Below, one piece after another: positions 1 through 9,106 of a DNA stretch of 64,000 nucleotides; the stretch's first letter is position 1; every line of letters begins with the position of its first letter. The notes beneath the pieces were generated by a model. The model made no database searches and had not been told where the DNA came from. It was given only the letters and a program-made list of their open reading frames with translations. The stretch comes from an uncultured Rhodospirillaceae bacterium (GTDB lineage Bacteria; Pseudomonadota; Alphaproteobacteria; Rhodospirillales; Magnetospirillaceae), in the NCBI GenBank assembly GCA_903899885.1, contig CAIULK010000014.1, positions 18,362 through 82,361 of the forward strand. The letters run 5' to 3'. The translations under genes were made by a program, and so were the position numbers.

Positions 1-63
1 GGCCATGGCTTTGCGCACGAACGTGTGCCGTAATTCGGCGCCGGTCAAAATGACGATGTTCAT
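1..63 (-). CDS. 5' end of a gene running off the window (MNIVILTGAELRHTFVRKAMA...); possibly a glycan-cluster enzyme such as a formyltransferase-family protein
   Basis: ATG at 63 on the minus strand with AAGGG upstream; open frame to the window edge; enzyme-like beta-strand N-terminus; divergent from the regulator. The product is a guess. Confidence 0.5.
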   Translation of the reverse strand, partial: MNIVILTGAELRHTFVRKAMA

Positions 64-154
64 GCTTACCCTTCGGCATCGGCGTAGGCGCAGCAGAGTA
101 TGCGGGTTCGGGCAAGGGTTCAAGGCCGACGTTCCAGATACGCGGGATCACCTG

Positions 155-208
155 TTGACACGAAAGACGTGATCCCTCAAGACTATGGCCCGTGTTCACG
201 GAATGAAC
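155..208 (+). promoter_or_regulatory. Putative sigma70 -35 (TTGACA, 155-160) and inverted repeat GTTCA-N5-TGAAC (194-208), a candidate operator
   Basis: Both motifs read directly from the region between the divergent genes; the -10 element is not clear. Confidence 0.4.
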
Positions 209-829
209 GACATATTGGAATTCCCCCCCGTCATGGCGAAGGCCGACGATCAAATCACCCTGCACCTGCTTCAGGCGATTTCGGACGATTCCTCGCTCAC
301 GCAACGCTTTGCCGCCAAGCGGCTGGGGGTGGCGGTCGGACTGGTGAATTCCTATTTGCGCCGTTGCGTGAAAAAGGGTCATGTCAAGATCACGCAGATT
401 CCACCAAACCGTTATCTGTATTATCTGACACCTTCGGGCTTCGCCGAGAAAAGTCGCCTGTCGGCTGATTACTTGCTGGGTTCCTTGACCTTCTATCGCA
501 ACGCCCGGCGGGAATGCGAGGAACTGCTGGCTCGGTGCGCGCAAAATGGCTGGCGACGGGTGGGTTTGGCCGGTGTTGGTGATCTGGCTGAAATCGCCAC
601 CTTATGTTTTCATCAAAGCGAGGCGGAATTGGCCGGTGTCATTGATCCCAGGTCGTCGCAGACCTCGTTTCTGGGGCATCCCGTGGTGGCGGATGTTCAC
701 GGCCTGGAGCCACTGGATGCGGTTTTGTTGACCGATTTGACCGATCCGCAAGCCACCTTTAGCGAACTGCGCAGCCAAATGCCCGCGGTGCGCATTCTGG
801 TGCCCGCCATTCTGTGTTTGCCATCATGA
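185..829 (+). CDS. EPS-associated MarR-type winged-helix regulator with a C-terminal Rex/CoA-binding-like Rossmann domain (true start may be 203 or 233)
   Basis: TQRxxAxxLGVAVGLVNxYLRRCVKKG...YLYYLTPxGFAEKSRL signature; C-terminal GLAGVGDLAE nucleotide-binding motif; ATGA overlap with the next gene. Confidence 0.85.
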   Translation: MARVHGMNDILEFPPVMAKADDQITLHLLQAISDDSSLTQRFAAKRLGVAVGLVNSYLRRCVKKGHVKITQIPPNRYLYYLTPSGFAEKSRLSADYLLGSLTFYRNARRECEELLARCAQNGWRRVGLAGVGDLAEIATLCFHQSEAELAGVIDPRSSQTSFLGHPVVADVHGLEPLDAVLLTDLTDPQATFSELRSQMPAVRILVPAILCLPS

Positions 830-2457
830 TGGAACGGCTGTTTCCTGCGCTCCGCATGCTGGGGCGCACTATTTTTTGGCTGTCGCTGGCCTCGGTGCCG
901 TTGGGGGCGGCCTTGGGCGTGTTGGAAATTCTGTTGGGTATCGGTTTGCTGCAGGTGATGCGCCAGTTTGGGCTGGCCGCAGAAAGCGGGGGCATGGGCC
1001 TATCTTTCCCCGGTGGCCCGCTGACCGGATTGATCATGGTTTCGGCCGCCCTGACCGTGCTGCGCCTGCTGCGTTACGCCCTGCCCTGGATTACCGTTGA
1101 AATGTTCGGGCAACGGGTCCGTGATCATCTGATGGACCGGGTGCTGGGTGATCACCGCGAAACGGTACCCTTGGGCATGGCGGAGATTTCCAACATCTTG
1201 AGCGTGCTGTTGCCCAAGGGCGGCAAGATCCTGGATTCCGTTACTCAATCGGTGGCCTCGGCGATCCAGATCACCGCCCTGCTGGCTGCGATGTTGTACC
1301 TGGATATGCGGGTGACCGGATTGCTGTTGGTATCGGGCTTTGTCCTGGGCTTGCCGGTTTTGCTGCTGCGTCGTACCTTCCAGGGGTTCGCCGATCGCTC
1401 GCGCAAGGAGGTGGAGCGCTTCACCCGTCTTCTCGTCCGTAACGCCCAGAACGTTGTCTTCATTAAATTATGCGGCATGGGACGGATCGAGGCCGAACAG
1501 ATGCGCGCGATGTCGGCGCGCGGACAGCACCACTTCAATCAATTCACCTGGATCTTCGCCGCATCCTCGGCCTTGCCGCAATTCTCGGGCGTGCTGCTGA
1601 TCGCCTTTATGCTGGTCGCCAATGACAGCCGGCATTTCCTCAGCCCGGCAGTTCTGATTCCCTTCACCTATATGCTGTGGCGTTTGGCCAGCACGGCGGC
1701 ACAGCTGGGGTCATCCTCGGCTCAGACCAATGTTGCAATGCCGTTCTTTGTGCAGTTGATCGATCGGCTGGGGCCGATCGTCCAGGCGGTCCCTGAACCG
1801 GAGGACACTCAAGGTCCCGCTCCGGTGTTGCGTTCGCTTGATGTTCGCGGCCTGATCATCGGGCGCGAGCGGGCCTTGTTTTCCGGCCTTGATGTCAGCG
1901 TGGGGGCAGGGGATTGTTTGTTGATCGCCGGGCCGTCGGGGCGAGGCAAGACCACTTTGCTGATGACCGTGCTGGGGTTGTTGCTGCCGCACGGCGGAAT
2001 GGTGAGCTGGAACCATGTGCCGCTCGACGATTTTCCCCAAGCGGCTTTCCGCAGTCGGATCGGTTACGCCGGGCAGGATCCGTTCCTGTTCGAGGGCAGC
2101 CTGCGGGACAATCTGTTGTACGGCAACCGCCAGGACATCGACGATGACGCGGTGCACAAGGCGCTCGGTGCCGCCCGCTGCGGGTTCGTGCACGATTTCG
2201 CGGGCGGCCTGGATCATCCTTTGTCCGAGGACGGCGGCGGCATCTCGGCGGGCCAAAAGCAACGCTTGGCAATTGCCCGCGCGTTGCTGCGCCGTCCCGA
2301 TGTTTTGGTCTTTGACGAAGCTACCGCTAATATCGACGAGGCGACCGAGGCCGAGATCATGGCCAATATCCGGCGCGATTTTCCCACCGTGATGATTCTG
2401 GCAGTGTCGCACCGTGCTTCCATGCGCACCTTCGCGACCCGCGTTATCGAAATCTAG
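826..2457 (+). CDS. ABC transporter, fused permease/ATPase (MsbA/PglK-like; possible lipid-linked glycan flippase)
   Basis: N-terminal TM domain; Walker A GPSGRGKT; signature ISAGQKQR; Walker B VLVFDEAT; SH switch. Confidence 0.9.
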   Translation: MMERLFPALRMLGRTIFWLSLASVPLGAALGVLEILLGIGLLQVMRQFGLAAESGGMGLSFPGGPLTGLIMVSAALTVLRLLRYALPWITVEMFGQRVRDHLMDRVLGDHRETVPLGMAEISNILSVLLPKGGKILDSVTQSVASAIQITALLAAMLYLDMRVTGLLLVSGFVLGLPVLLLRRTFQGFADRSRKEVERFTRLLVRNAQNVVFIKLCGMGRIEAEQMRAMSARGQHHFNQFTWIFAASSALPQFSGVLLIAFMLVANDSRHFLSPAVLIPFTYMLWRLASTAAQLGSSSAQTNVAMPFFVQLIDRLGPIVQAVPEPEDTQGPAPVLRSLDVRGLIIGRERALFSGLDVSVGAGDCLLIAGPSGRGKTTLLMTVLGLLLPHGGMVSWNHVPLDDFPQAAFRSRIGYAGQDPFLFEGSLRDNLLYGNRQDIDDDAVHKALGAARCGFVHDFAGGLDHPLSEDGGGISAGQKQRLAIARALLRRPDVLVFDEATANIDEATEAEIMANIRRDFPTVMILAVSHRASMRTFATRVIEI

Positions 2458-2479
2458 TTCAGAACAACGAGAGCCCTTC

Positions 2480-4174
2480 ATGTCCCTGCGCGACGCCTTG
2501 TTGACGAGCCGCTTCGTTCCCGCGGCCATATTCGAATTGTACCGTTTGGGTCGCTATCCGAAACGGGTTGGCCCGTTGTATGTCGACTTGTGGCGCACGC
2601 GGCGCAAGGCGGCGTTCCTGCGCCAGATGACGGCACCCGCCTCGAACGGCAAAACGGTGTTCATTCCGTCGCTCAGCACGCGGCTGATGCAGATCAAGGC
2701 CGAGGCGATGCTGGCGATCGCCCTGAAACGCAGAGGTTGGCATCCGGTGGTGTTCCTGGCGTCACGTAAGGACCCGATTCCGCGCCGCTATTTCGAGGTC
2801 TTCGGCATCACCGATTTCGTCTATTATGACGATTTCCCGTTGAGCGCCGAGGATAAGGCAACCACCCAGGCGGAAGCTGACCGGATCGCTGGTGGCACGG
2901 TGACCACCCAGACCGTCAAGAACCTGCGGTTTGGTAAGGCGTGGCTGGGGCCACAGATCATTTCGACGATTTCACGCGAAACCTATCAAGGGGCACCGGA
3001 TATCACCAATCCCGCCGTGCTGGCCCGGGTGGTCGAAATGCTGCCCGAGATGATCGAACGCTGCCTGATCGCCGAGCGGGTGATGGAGGCGGTCAAGCCC
3101 GATCTGATCCTGACCAACGAACCCAACTATGCCTTTTATGGCCCGATTATCGACATCGCTATCGCCAATAATGTCGAGGTCATCCACTTCACCATGCCCT
3201 GGCGGGACGACGCCTTTAACTTCAAGCGCCTTGTGCCCTCGACCCGGCGCTTTCATCCCTCGTCGGTGGCGCAAAATTCCTTCGAGCGGGTGCGGCAGTT
3301 GGACTGGACGCCCGCAATGGATCAGACGGTCGACGAGGTCTTTCAGGTCCGCAGCTATGGCGGCCACCGGATGATGTCGATCAACCAAAACGGCGTGCGC
3401 CCCTTCGCCCGCGAGGAGATTTGCCGTGAATTGAACCTGGACCCGGCCAAGAAGATCGCCGTGGTCTTCTCGCATATCCTGTGGGACGCCAACCTGTTTT
3501 ACGGTGACGACCTGTTCGAGAACATGGGCGAATGGCTGGTCGAAACCGTCAAGGCGGCGGCGGCGAATCCGGCGGTCAATTGGGTGATCAAACTGCACCC
3601 CGCCAATATCTTCAAGCTCCAGCGCGACGACTGCGTCACCAAGGAAATCAACGATCTTCAGTTGATCCGCGATCATGTCGGCGACCTGCCGCCGCACGTT
3701 TTCATCTTGGCCCCCGACAGCCCGATCAGCAGCCTGTCTTTTTACCAGGGCGCCGATTACATTATCACCGTGCGCGGCACGGTTAGCGCCGAGGCGCCCT
3801 GTTTCGGGGTTCCCCTGCTGACCGCCGGAACCGGCCGCGCCGACCATTTGGGCTTCACCGTCGATTCCGAATCGCGCGAGGAGTATTTGGACCGGCTGGC
3901 CCATATTCAAGACATCCCGCGGCTGAGCGACGAGCAGGTGCGGCTGGCCCGCCAGCACGCTTATGCCGCGTTTTGCTGCCGCCCGTGGGTGCTGCGCAGT
4001 TTCCGGGTCGATCTGCGGTCCTTGACCGACGCCAGCGATGTTTTAGGATGGAACATGCATCTGGTCGCCAAATCCGAGGATGAGATCGACCGGTTTGGCG
4101 ATCTGCCCGCCTTCGCCGAATGGGTGGAAAACCCCGATCAGATCGACTACCTCAACCTGGACGTGGCCCGGTAA
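2480..4174 (+). CDS. Capsule polysaccharide biosynthesis protein (Capsule_synth/KpsS-like GT-B fold)
   Basis: WVIKLHP and ITVRGTVSAEAPCFGVPLLTAG motifs typical of this family; lies directly upstream of the neu genes. Confidence 0.65.
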   Translation: MSLRDALLTSRFVPAAIFELYRLGRYPKRVGPLYVDLWRTRRKAAFLRQMTAPASNGKTVFIPSLSTRLMQIKAEAMLAIALKRRGWHPVVFLASRKDPIPRRYFEVFGITDFVYYDDFPLSAEDKATTQAEADRIAGGTVTTQTVKNLRFGKAWLGPQIISTISRETYQGAPDITNPAVLARVVEMLPEMIERCLIAERVMEAVKPDLILTNEPNYAFYGPIIDIAIANNVEVIHFTMPWRDDAFNFKRLVPSTRRFHPSSVAQNSFERVRQLDWTPAMDQTVDEVFQVRSYGGHRMMSINQNGVRPFAREEICRELNLDPAKKIAVVFSHILWDANLFYGDDLFENMGEWLVETVKAAAANPAVNWVIKLHPANIFKLQRDDCVTKEINDLQLIRDHVGDLPPHVFILAPDSPISSLSFYQGADYIITVRGTVSAEAPCFGVPLLTAGTGRADHLGFTVDSESREEYLDRLAHIQDIPRLSDEQVRLARQHAYAAFCCRPWVLRSFRVDLRSLTDASDVLGWNMHLVAKSEDEIDRFGDLPAFAEWVENPDQIDYLNLDVAR

Positions 4175-4199
4175 CGGCGGAGCGGGGGGAGCCCATAGA

Positions 4200-5210
4200 A
4201 TGGAACGTCCGCTGATCATCGCCGAAGTCGCGCAAACCCACGACGGCAGTCTGGGTTTGGCGCATGCCTTCATCGACGCGGTGACGACGACCGGGGCCGA
4301 CGCCATCAAGTTCCAAACCCACATGGCCGAGGCGGAAAGCACGCCGGGCGAACCGTTCCGGGTGCCGTTCTCGTTCGAGGACAAAAGCCGCTTCGAGTAT
4401 TGGCGGCGGATGGAGTTCACGCCCGAGCAATGGGCGGGCCTGAAGGCGCATGCCGAGGCCAAAAGTTTGTTGTTCATCAGCTCGCCCTTTTCCATCGAGG
4501 CGGCCGACCTTCTGACCGGGATCGGCATCAAGCGCTGGAAGGTCGGTTCGGGCGAGTTCCGCTCGCGTCATCTGCTGGCTCATCTGGCGGCCACCGGAAA
4601 ACCGATGATCGTCTCGACCGGGCTGAGCCGCTGGGACGAGATCGAGGCAATGGCCGCCTTCTTGCGCGAACGTGGCGTCGCCGACCTGACCTTGCTGCAA
4701 TGCACCACCGCCTATCCGGCACCGTTCGAGAAAGCCGGTTTGAACGTGCTGGGCGAAATGGCGGCACGCACCGGCTGCGCGGTCGGGCTGTCCGATCATT
4801 CCGGCACGATCTTTCCCTCGCTGGCGGCGGTCACCTTGGGGGCATCGGTGGTCGAGGTTCATGTCACCCTCAGCCGCGAGATGTTCGGACCCGACGTCGC
4901 CGCCTCGCTGACCACGGCCGAGTTGCGGACCCTGGTCGAGGGCGTCCACGCCATCCACGTCATGAGAACCCACCCGGTCGATAAGGACGAGGCCGCCCGC
5001 GCGATGGAGCCGATGCGGACGATCTTTTCCAAGGGGGCCTACGCCGCCCGCGGCCTCGCCGCCGGGACGGCGTTGCAGCCGTCCGACCTGTGCTTCAAGA
5101 AACCCTGTGCCGGTTTGACCGAGGCCGAGTGCGACGCCCTGATCGGCCGTCCCTTGGCCCGTTCGGTGGAACGGGGGACCGCGCTTCGCAAAGAGGATTT
5201 CGAATCATGA
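4200..5210 (+). CDS. neuB: Nonulosonic acid (N-acetylneuraminate-family) synthase with C-terminal SAF domain
   Basis: IIAEVAQTHDGS, ADAIKFQTH, KVGSGE, LLQCTTAYP, GLSDHSG, VEVHVT motifs. Confidence 0.93.
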   Translation: MERPLIIAEVAQTHDGSLGLAHAFIDAVTTTGADAIKFQTHMAEAESTPGEPFRVPFSFEDKSRFEYWRRMEFTPEQWAGLKAHAEAKSLLFISSPFSIEAADLLTGIGIKRWKVGSGEFRSRHLLAHLAATGKPMIVSTGLSRWDEIEAMAAFLRERGVADLTLLQCTTAYPAPFEKAGLNVLGEMAARTGCAVGLSDHSGTIFPSLAAVTLGASVVEVHVTLSREMFGPDVAASLTTAELRTLVEGVHAIHVMRTHPVDKDEAARAMEPMRTIFSKGAYAARGLAAGTALQPSDLCFKKPCAGLTEAECDALIGRPLARSVERGTALRKEDFES

Positions 5211-6373
5211 GCAAACGCAAAGTCTGCGTGATCGTCAACAGCCGGGCGAACTACGGCCGGATCAAGGCGTTCATGCAAGCGGTCCGCAATCATCCCGATC
5301 TAGAGCTTCAGCTCGTGGTGGGCGCGTCGGCGCTGCTTTACCGCTTCGGCAAATCGGTGGACGTCATCCGCTCGGACGGCTTCGAGCCGAACGCCACGAT
5401 CTATCTGGTGATCGAGGGGGAAAACCCGACGACGATGGCCAAATCGACCGGGCTGGCGATCGTCGAGCTGGCGACGGCGTTCGAGAATCTCAAGCCCGAC
5501 GTGGTGGTGACGGTCGCCGACCGTTACGAGACGTTGGCGACGGCGGTGGCGGCCAGCTACATGAACATTCCGGTCGCCCATACCCAGGGTGGCGAGGTCA
5601 GCGGTTCGATCGACGAGAACGTTCGCCACGCGATCACCAAATTGTCGCACATCCATTTTCCGGCAACCGAACTGGCCGCCAGCTATCTGGTCCGGATGGG
5701 CGAGGAGCCCGGCCGAGTGTTCCTAACCGGCTGCCCGTCGCTGGACATTCTGAACGGTCTTGATCTGTCCTTGACCCCGATGCTGTCGCATTTCGTGGGC
5801 GGGGCCGGGGCGCAACTGGATTGGACCAAACCCTATTTGCTGGTGGTGCAGCATCCGGTGACCACCGAGTTCGGCAGCGGCCTTGATCAGATCAACGAAA
5901 CCATCAGCGCGATCGATGGTCTGGAGATGCAGACCCTGTGGCTGTGGCCGAACGTCGATGCCGGATCGGACGACGTCGCCAAGGGCATCCGATTGTACCG
6001 CGAACGCCGCAATCCCAGTTTCGTCCACTTCTACCGCAACTTCTCGCCCGAGGATTATCTGCGGGTGATGAACAATTGCGTCTGCATCGTCGGCAACAGC
6101 AGCAGCGGCTTGCGCGAAGGGGCGTTCCTGGGAACGCCCTGTGTCAACATCGGCTCGCGCCAGGCGATGCGCGAACGCGGCGCCAATGTGATGGACGCGC
6201 CCTATGACGCCAAGCAAATCCGCCATGCCATCGAAACCCAGGTGGCGCACGGGCGCTATCCGTCCGATCCGATCTTCGGCAACGGCACCGCCGGACAGCA
6301 GATGGCCGACGTCCTGGCCCGGATTCCCTTGTCCATTCATAAGAAGCTGAACTACGTCTACGATAAGCAATGA
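5207..6373 (+). CDS. neuC: Hydrolysing UDP-N-acetylglucosamine 2-epimerase (NeuC/LegG family)
   Basis: ADRYE, HTQGGEVSGSIDENVRHAITKLSHIHF, GNSSSG, VNIGSRQ; ATGA overlap with neuB. Confidence 0.93.
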   Translation: MSKRKVCVIVNSRANYGRIKAFMQAVRNHPDLELQLVVGASALLYRFGKSVDVIRSDGFEPNATIYLVIEGENPTTMAKSTGLAIVELATAFENLKPDVVVTVADRYETLATAVAASYMNIPVAHTQGGEVSGSIDENVRHAITKLSHIHFPATELAASYLVRMGEEPGRVFLTGCPSLDILNGLDLSLTPMLSHFVGGAGAQLDWTKPYLLVVQHPVTTEFGSGLDQINETISAIDGLEMQTLWLWPNVDAGSDDVAKGIRLYRERRNPSFVHFYRNFSPEDYLRVMNNCVCIVGNSSSGLREGAFLGTPCVNIGSRQAMRERGANVMDAPYDAKQIRHAIETQVAHGRYPSDPIFGNGTAGQQMADVLARIPLSIHKKLNYVYDKQ

Positions 6374-7065
6374 AGGTCCTCGGCCTGATTCCGGCGCGCG
6401 GCGGCTCGAAGGGCGTGCCGCGCAAGAATGTCCGGCCGTTGGCCGGAATACCCTTGATCGCCCACACGATCCGGGCGGCCTTCGCCTCGGAACGGCTGAC
6501 CGACGTGGTGGTGACCACCGACGATGACGAGATCGCCGCCATCGCCGCGGCCGAAGGCGCGCGCGTGCTGCGCCGTCCCGCCGATCTGGCCGCCGACACC
6601 ACGCCGATGCCCCCCGTCGCCTTCCATGCGCTCGATTTTCTGGCGGGTGAACGGCGGGCCTACGACGTTCTGATGCTGCTGCAATGCACCTGCCCTGCCC
6701 GGACCGGCGCCGACATCGCCGCCGCCCTCGACCGGCTAAAGGATTCCGGGGCCGATGCCGTGATCAGCGTGACCCGTGTCGACGACACCCATCCGGCGCG
6801 GATGTACCGGATCGCCGACGATCGGCTGACCGCCTTCGACCCGGCCTTCGAGGGGATGCGCCGCCAGGATCTGCCGGCGCTGTATTTGCGCAGCGGGGTC
6901 ATCTATGGTATCCGCACCCAGGCGTTCCAGGCCGAGCGCACCTTTTTCTCGCGCAACGCCGTTCCCATCGAACTGCCGCGCGAACGGTCGGTCAATATCG
7001 ACAACGAGCTTGATTTCCAGTTCGCCGATTTTCTGATGAGACAGGCCCATGGCGCGCATTCTTAA
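6370..7065 (+). CDS. neuA: Acylneuraminate cytidylyltransferase (CMP-nonulosonate synthetase)
   Basis: IPARGGSKGVPRKN, VTTDD, RRQDLP, SVNID motifs. Confidence 0.93.
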   Translation: MKVLGLIPARGGSKGVPRKNVRPLAGIPLIAHTIRAAFASERLTDVVVTTDDDEIAAIAAAEGARVLRRPADLAADTTPMPPVAFHALDFLAGERRAYDVLMLLQCTCPARTGADIAAALDRLKDSGADAVISVTRVDDTHPARMYRIADDRLTAFDPAFEGMRRQDLPALYLRSGVIYGIRTQAFQAERTFFSRNAVPIELPRERSVNIDNELDFQFADFLMRQAHGAHS

Positions 7066-8011
7066 TCTGGATCCGTATGAATATTCGGCCGCCGCCCAGG
7101 ACACTCTGTCCGAGGCGGGAACGCTGGAGGGGATGCGCCTGGACCGCGCCGGGCTGCTGGAACGGATCGGCGACTACGACGCGCTGATCATGCGCTTCGC
7201 CCACCGGATGGATTCCGAGATTCTGGGCCGCGCGACACGGCTGAAGGTGATCGGCACCAACGCCACCGGGGTCGATCATATCGACGAGGCGGCGGCGGCC
7301 CAACGGAATATCGCCTTGGTCTGCCTGCGCGGCGAGACCGCCTTCCTGCAAGACGTTTCAGCGACCGCCGAACACACCTGGGGCCTTTTGCTGGCCCTCG
7401 TCCGCAATCTGGTTCCGGCCACCCGCTCGGTGCAATCGGGGGTCTGGAGCCGCGAGCTGTTCCTGGGCGGCGAGTTAGCGGGCAAGCGGCTGGGCATCAT
7501 CGGCCATGGCCGTTTGGGCCGGATGGTCGCGAAATTCGGCCTGGCCTTCGGGATGAACGTGCGGGTCTTCGACACCGCCCCGGTCGCGGTCGAGGCCCCG
7601 GTACAGGCGGCGGCTAGCCTGGAGGATCTGATCGCCGGATCCCACGTGCTGTCGATGCATGCCTCGTTGACCGAAAGCAGCCGCGACATGCTGACCCTGG
7701 AGCGGTTGTCGCTGTTGCCCAAGGGGGCCTTGCTGATCAACACGGCGCGCGGGGTCTTGATCGACGAGACGGCGGTGCTGACCTTGCTGGACAGCGGCCA
7801 TCTGGGCGGGGCGGCGCTGGACGTGCTGCACAACGAACTGGCGCCCGGTTTCCCCGCCCAAAGCGCCCTCGTCGCGGCGACCGCGCGTCACCCCAATCTG
7901 ATCATCACCCCCCATATCGGCGGGGCGACGCGGGAATCCTGGGCCAAGACCGAATTGTTCATCGCCCGCAAGGTCCGCGACGTTTTGATGAAGGGGATGG
8001 AGCGTGCGTAA
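7049..8011 (+). CDS. D-isomer-specific 2-hydroxyacid dehydrogenase (SerA-like catalytic core)
   Basis: GIIGHGRLG, INTARG, AALDV, ITPHIGG motifs; overlaps neuA. Confidence 0.9.
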   Translation: MARILNLDPYEYSAAAQDTLSEAGTLEGMRLDRAGLLERIGDYDALIMRFAHRMDSEILGRATRLKVIGTNATGVDHIDEAAAAQRNIALVCLRGETAFLQDVSATAEHTWGLLLALVRNLVPATRSVQSGVWSRELFLGGELAGKRLGIIGHGRLGRMVAKFGLAFGMNVRVFDTAPVAVEAPVQAAASLEDLIAGSHVLSMHASLTESSRDMLTLERLSLLPKGALLINTARGVLIDETAVLTLLDSGHLGGAALDVLHNELAPGFPAQSALVAATARHPNLIITPHIGGATRESWAKTELFIARKVRDVLMKGMERA

Positions 8012-9005
8012 CCGCATCGTCTTGTTCGCGTTGTTCTGGATGATCGGCCTGTCCCTGGGCTATCCGACCCTGAACCGCTACGCGCCGGGCGAGACCTCGT
8101 CGGTCTCGGACGCCCGCTATTACGCCGACATCGTCGAACGCGGCCCGGAGGCCGTCGGCGATATCGGTCATTGGCGCTACCGGGCGCTGGTGCCCGCCTT
8201 GGCCCGTCCAGTCTTCACGCTGATCAAGGGGCATATCGGCAGCTGGGAACCGCGCTACGGCGCGCTGCTGGTGGTCAACGCCGCCTTTTGCGCCGGGGCG
8301 GCGCTGATCGTCCTGGATTTGGGCGCCCTGGCCGGAGCCGGAACGGCAACCGCGCTGATCGCGGCCCTGCTGCTGCTGGGCAGTTTCAACACGCCCAATT
8401 TCTATCTGTCGGGACTGGTCGATTCCTCGGAATTGTTCGTGCTGACGGCGGCCTTCTGGGCATTGGCCTCGGGACGATTCGCGCTTTTGCCGGTGATCGG
8501 CGTGCTCGGCGGCGTGGCCAAGGAAAGTACCGTGCCCTTCATGGCGGCCCTAACCGGGGGCTGGTTCCTGGTCGAACTTCTGAGGCGCCGTCCATTCCTG
8601 CGCGGCTCGGTGATCGCCGTGGCGAGCGTGGGACTGGGGCTGGCCACGGTGCTGGCGGTGCGCCACCTCATCGGCGGGCAGGCCAATGCCCTTGCTGGCG
8701 TATCCGGAGCGCCCTTGGATCGTCCGCTGTCCTCGATCCTCCACGATATCCTGGCGGTGCCGTTGGGGCGCTCGTTTCTGTATTCCTTCGCCGGGATCCT
8801 GCCGTTCAGCCTGTTCAGCTTGAAGCGGCTGCCCGCACCCTGGTTGGGCGCGTTGGCCAGCGCCTTGCTGGCGGCCCTGGTTCTCGCCGGGTGGGCGGGA
8901 CTGGGCGATAATGCCGGCCGACCGCTTTTCTCGACCACCGGGGCGATTCTGGTTGTCGCGGCGGCCCTAACCCTGACCCGTTGGCTGAAGGACGAGGCGA
9001 GGTGA
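8004..9005 (+). CDS. Polytopic membrane protein, possible GT-C-like transferase
   Basis: Many TM segments; SDARYY and WRYRALVP in the first loop; AKES motif. Confidence 0.6.
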   Translation: MRNRIVLFALFWMIGLSLGYPTLNRYAPGETSSVSDARYYADIVERGPEAVGDIGHWRYRALVPALARPVFTLIKGHIGSWEPRYGALLVVNAAFCAGAALIVLDLGALAGAGTATALIAALLLLGSFNTPNFYLSGLVDSSELFVLTAAFWALASGRFALLPVIGVLGGVAKESTVPFMAALTGGWFLVELLRRRPFLRGSVIAVASVGLGLATVLAVRHLIGGQANALAGVSGAPLDRPLSSILHDILAVPLGRSFLYSFAGILPFSLFSLKRLPAPWLGALASALLAALVLAGWAGLGDNAGRPLFSTTGAILVVAAALTLTRWLKDEAR

Positions 9006-9106
9006 CCGGCCGGGCGGCGGCGGCCCTGTGGGTGGCGGCGGTGCTTGCCCTTTATCTGGCTCAGTTCGGCGATGTTCTCGCCCGTCTGTCGGGTTGGACG
9101 CGATGA
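9002..9106 (+). CDS. Small single-TM protein, 34 aa (MTGRAAAALWVAAVLALYLAQFGDVLARLSGWTR)
   Basis: GTGA overlap with the upstream stop and ATGA overlap with the downstream start; fills the gap exactly; hydrophobic core; below the ORF-track cutoff. Confidence 0.65.
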   Translation: MTGRAAAALWVAAVLALYLAQFGDVLARLSGWTR

